A DNA stretch of 64,000 nt from Candidatus Fimenecus sp. (GTDB taxonomy: Bacteria; Bacillota; Clostridia; Oscillospirales; Acutalibacteraceae): contig JAZNIQ010000272.1 of the NCBI GenBank assembly GCA_045577555.1, positions 356 to 64,355 on the forward strand, read 5' to 3'. Shown one piece after another: positions 60,887 through 64,000 of the stretch; position 1 is the stretch's first letter, and every line of letters starts with the position of its first letter. The position numbers and the translations under genes were made by a program. The notes under the pieces are model-generated. The model was not told the DNA's origin. It searched no databases and was given only the letters and a program-made list of their open reading frames with translations.

Positions 60887-61387
60887 ATGAGTAAAGCACA
60901 AAACTTCTCCCAAAAAGAGAAGACTACATTCGATGATGTATTAGCAATCATCGATAACATTGGCGAAGAAAAAATTCGCAGTATCATATCCACCTCTGAT
61001 GGAAGCATTCACGAAATTGCAAGACAACTATATACTAACAAGTTTAGTGAGCTTGTATTTTATCCTTGGAGTCATAAACCGTTTAATGAGTATGACCCAG
61101 AAAGCTATTGTACGGGATTGGAAATTGAAGCGACTTTTTATTTCAATTCAGACGAAATAGAAAACCTCAGGGTAAATGGGACTCGCTTCGTAACTATTTG
61201 GTTATTGGAAAACGGCACTGTTCAAAAAATTAGAATTGACGGTGGAGAGTTGTGGCGTGATGGTCAACCAGATGAAACGCTTTACATAAACAAGTTAAAA
61301 GAACGCTACGAGACCAATCCAGAACTTTTCGCAGTTTCAGAGTTTTTTGAAGTTGATAATCAGAGAGGTGCATCATTATGGGAGTAA
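60887..61387 (+). CDS. Hypothetical protein
   Basis: 166 aa with RBS ggagg upstream. First gene of a co-directional cluster. Confidence 0.5.
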   Translation: MSKAQNFSQKEKTTFDDVLAIIDNIGEEKIRSIISTSDGSIHEIARQLYTNKFSELVFYPWSHKPFNEYDPESYCTGLEIEATFYFNSDEIENLRVNGTRFVTIWLLENGTVQKIRIDGGELWRDGQPDETLYINKLKERYETNPELFAVSEFFEVDNQRGASLWE

Positions 61388-61875
61388 GTATGTATCTTTT
61401 GAAATGTCCTAAGTCATTTTTCGACCGCAAAAATGAATCGGGATTTGAGGATGAACTTTACGAGGCTTTCCACGGTCCTTGGATTGGCGAAAAAAACGGT
61501 GAAAACTCTTTTATTAAGAGAATGTATGATTGGTATAGTGTGTATCCAATCGCCGAGTGGTTTATTCGAAACAACACTCAAATACGAGGAGATATTCCTT
61601 GTATGGAAATGACCGAGAAAAAACTTCTGGAGCTTTTGGATGCATGCAAAGAGATTCTTCGTAGTGGCGTCAATTCGGATGGTAGTCCGAACGCTGAAGC
61701 GTGTCATGAAATACTTGGGCTTCCAGGTTCACCGAATGATGACTATTTTAAGAATTATCTCGAATATGATGATTGGTTTTTGAAAGAAATCAAATCCACC
61801 GCACGAGCACTTCGAAAGTTGTTCAAAACGACTGACTTTGAAACTGAAACAATTTTCTTCTGGGGCGCCTGGTAG
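61378..61875 (+). CDS. Hypothetical protein
   Basis: 165 aa. It overlaps the upstream gene by 10 nt. Confidence 0.5.
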   Translation: MGVSMYLLKCPKSFFDRKNESGFEDELYEAFHGPWIGEKNGENSFIKRMYDWYSVYPIAEWFIRNNTQIRGDIPCMEMTEKKLLELLDACKEILRSGVNSDGSPNAEACHEILGLPGSPNDDYFKNYLEYDDWFLKEIKSTARALRKLFKTTDFETETIFFWGAW

Positions 61876-61920
61876 CATCATCTTGCAATTCATTAACAAC
61901 GAAGAAAAGGAGAAAACACA

Positions 61921-62130
61921 ATGATAACAAAAGAGAAAACTAATGGTGCGCATATTGCTAATCAAACGAAACGTGGTTATAAACGCACAGTGATGGTTTG
62001 GCATTCACACGCAAACTCTTGCATGATTCACGAGTACAATCCAATTAATGGATGTACATTGAGAGTGGTCATACATAATCCTTCAAGTAAATCTAATAAG
62101 AAGCAAAAATCTCGTTTTGCTACTTATTAA
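61921..62130 (+). CDS. Small basic hypothetical protein
   Basis: 69 aa with RBS aaaggag upstream. Confidence 0.4.
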   Translation: MITKEKTNGAHIANQTKRGYKRTVMVWHSHANSCMIHEYNPINGCTLRVVIHNPSSKSNKKQKSRFATY

Positions 62131-62193
62131 TTTTTTAATCATTTTTTGCCGGGTGGATGCAATCCATCCACCCGTAGATTATCGAAAGGGGTG

Positions 62194-62613
62194 ATGATAA
62201 CGAAAAAGGACTTTGACGAAAAAGACATTGAGGCTATCGAGCGAATGAAGTTGCTTGATATCTATGATGAAACCATTGAGCAATATGCAAACTGGGGTTA
62301 TATTACCAGAAGTGACCCGCCCCTTGGCGCTTTGTTTTGGGTAAGTGACGAAGAACTTGCCGAGATTAGAGCTTGGGAATCAGAGCATAATGCCAAAGTA
62401 TATCACGTCATCAGAACATTTACTTCGATTGGAACGATGGACTCATATCTTTATGTTAGCAACAACAAAAACGAATGGGAAATTGACCGCCAACTAATTA
62501 AGGCAGGTGAACCTGTTGTCTATGTCGTTAATCGAGATGACCCATTCGGCTCCGAGTTTGGAGCAATAGGTGTTAGGACAACCCTTGCCAAAGGGCTTGT
62601 CAGAACCTGGTAA
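62194..62613 (+). CDS. Hypothetical protein
   Basis: ATG at 62194 follows aaagggg. The upstream part of the track ORF covers a 10-bp-stem hairpin (about 62152-62176) and is probably not coding. Confidence 0.5.
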   Translation: MITKKDFDEKDIEAIERMKLLDIYDETIEQYANWGYITRSDPPLGALFWVSDEELAEIRAWESEHNAKVYHVIRTFTSIGTMDSYLYVSNNKNEWEIDRQLIKAGEPVVYVVNRDDPFGSEFGAIGVRTTLAKGLVRTW

Positions 62614-62695
62614 CCCAAAGGACTCTGCTTGTCAAGCAGGGTTACATATAAATTTTACTATTATAAAGATTCATATTAATAAAGGAGCGATTATA

Positions 62696-63205
62696 ATGGC
62701 TTTAATCATAAACAAACAAATTGACAAAGATTCCGAGAAGAAAACTATGGACGCCGTAGTTGAAATAATCAATGGAAAATTACGACTATTGTTATTGACG
62801 GAAAATCCCACAGAAGAACTTTTAGACACTATTACTCAAAGTTACATAAAAGTAAGCGTATGGGACGCTAAAACCATTAAGTTTCTTCTCTTTAAAGCAG
62901 GCAATAATGTTGGGGCCTTTGCTTGGTTAAAATGGGATGATTTTTCCGAAGAAATTGTAAAGGAAAATGTTTTTTGCATTGATATTTATGACAAAAAAAC
63001 AAAGACAGTTTTTGCTGAGATTAAGGTGAAAATGAAATCAGATTTTGCAAAGCGAATCAACGAACTAATTAAAGCTGATAAAGATTGTGCATACGATTTC
63101 ATGGGAAATTTAGATACACTTATGTCAGATGAATTCAATAAAGCAATACAGCTCTCATTGAACGAATTATTTTACAAAGCACATCATCATTTCCCTCTCG
63201 ACTGA
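62696..63205 (+). CDS. Hypothetical protein
   Basis: ATG at 62696 (MALIINK..) follows aaaggag. The track start at 62570 overlaps the previous gene and lacks an RBS. Confidence 0.5.
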   Translation: MALIINKQIDKDSEKKTMDAVVEIINGKLRLLLLTENPTEELLDTITQSYIKVSVWDAKTIKFLLFKAGNNVGAFAWLKWDDFSEEIVKENVFCIDIYDKKTKTVFAEIKVKMKSDFAKRINELIKADKDCAYDFMGNLDTLMSDEFNKAIQLSLNELFYKAHHHFPLD

Positions 63206-63276
63206 GACAAAAATGAAATCAAACAAAATATTAATTTATACAACAAAAATATTACATATGAAGGGAATAATTTCAA

Positions 63277-63891
63277 ATGATAAAAATTAACGATAGAAAC
63301 ATTAACGATATTTTTAAGGATGAGGACATTATTGAAAAATACAATGATATAATGTCTATTTTATACGCTTCATTTATCAAAATTAATGATATTGAAAAAA
63401 CAGTTGAATCGATGGTTCGTTTTATGGAAGCGTTAACCCTGTTTTTAAGATTGAATAGTAGCAGTCTTTTAAGCCGCGAGCAAATACCAATGGAGTTAAT
63501 TATTCGCTATTCTACTGATAAATCGTTGAGTAACGAAGGAATGCTTGGTGTTGAGATACTTGCAGATGATTCTAGTTACGAACAATATATCACCCAAAAT
63601 GCTTTTTACATAAAGAAAGAACTATATTACTACGCAGAATGTATATATGAAGTTGAAAGACCTATAAATCCTTTTGTTGAATATATGCAACGCTTAATAT
63701 CCAGTGCGTTGCAAGCACTCAATTCCTACAAAGGCGATACACTGCTATCAAATGAAATACTTTTAGCGTTGTATTATCTTTGCGAGGAAATTAGCATAAC
63801 TGGTGTTTTTAAAAACAATGATGATGCAAATTTCTTTGCCGAAGAAGAATCAAAATGGGTATTTATGAAGCCGACTAACGAAATTAACTAA
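63277..63891 (+). CDS. Hypothetical protein
   Basis: 204 aa, followed by the hairpin ctggcggg..cccgccag at 63899-63925. Confidence 0.5.
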   Translation: MIKINDRNINDIFKDEDIIEKYNDIMSILYASFIKINDIEKTVESMVRFMEALTLFLRLNSSSLLSREQIPMELIIRYSTDKSLSNEGMLGVEILADDSSYEQYITQNAFYIKKELYYYAECIYEVERPINPFVEYMQRLISSALQALNSYKGDTLLSNEILLALYYLCEEISITGVFKNNDDANFFAEEESKWVFMKPTNEIN

Positions 63892-64000
63892 CTTGTATCT
63901 GGCGGGTGGACAACCTGCCCGCCAGAGCAGTTTCCTTAATTGATAAATGCAGAAATATTACCGGAATTTAAAACCTACATACACTTGTCACCGCACAAGT

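Overview
The window looks like Firmicutes/Clostridia-type DNA. A short chromosomal backbone (glgB, a membrane protein, a GntR-ABC operon; 1-4805) is followed by about 59 kb of accessory DNA, which appears to be stacked integrative elements. Two different 3' halves of tRNA-Ser(CGA)-like genes, both starting at the anticodon loop (5479-5532 and 31054-31109, minus strand), look like att junctions. The first interval (about 5.5-31.1 kb) carries excisionase-like HTH genes and a tightly packed 10-gene plus-strand operon. That operon matches BREX type 4 (PAPS-reductase BrxP, giant BrxC/PglY-like ATPase, PglZ, BrxL-like). It also contains an uncharacterised 836 aa protein, a small Zn-ribbon protein, a NifS/DndA-type cysteine desulfurase, DUF2971 and NADAR. 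The same interval holds a small iteron/RepA-like ATPase/RHH/Xis/Int module and a HEPN cargo gene. The second interval (31.1 to beyond 64 kb) carries a 20-kb same-strand defence array. Its genes are Fic, a type I R-M (hsdM, hsdS, hsdR) with a TIR protein and a Zn-ribbon protein nested inside, a tandem DUF262 / DUF262-DUF1524 pair, a 1054 aa SF1 helicase, a macro-HTH protein, VanZ, vWA, two EF-hand-loop proteins and an ADP-ribosylglycohydrolase. After that come a solitary MazF-like toxin, a Dcm methyltransferase and a plasmid/phage-like Rep module. The most interesting candidate is the BREX-4-like operon physically linked to sulfur-mobilisation genes, which suggests a phosphorothioate-like self mark. 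All calls come from motif reading by eye. No database search was run.
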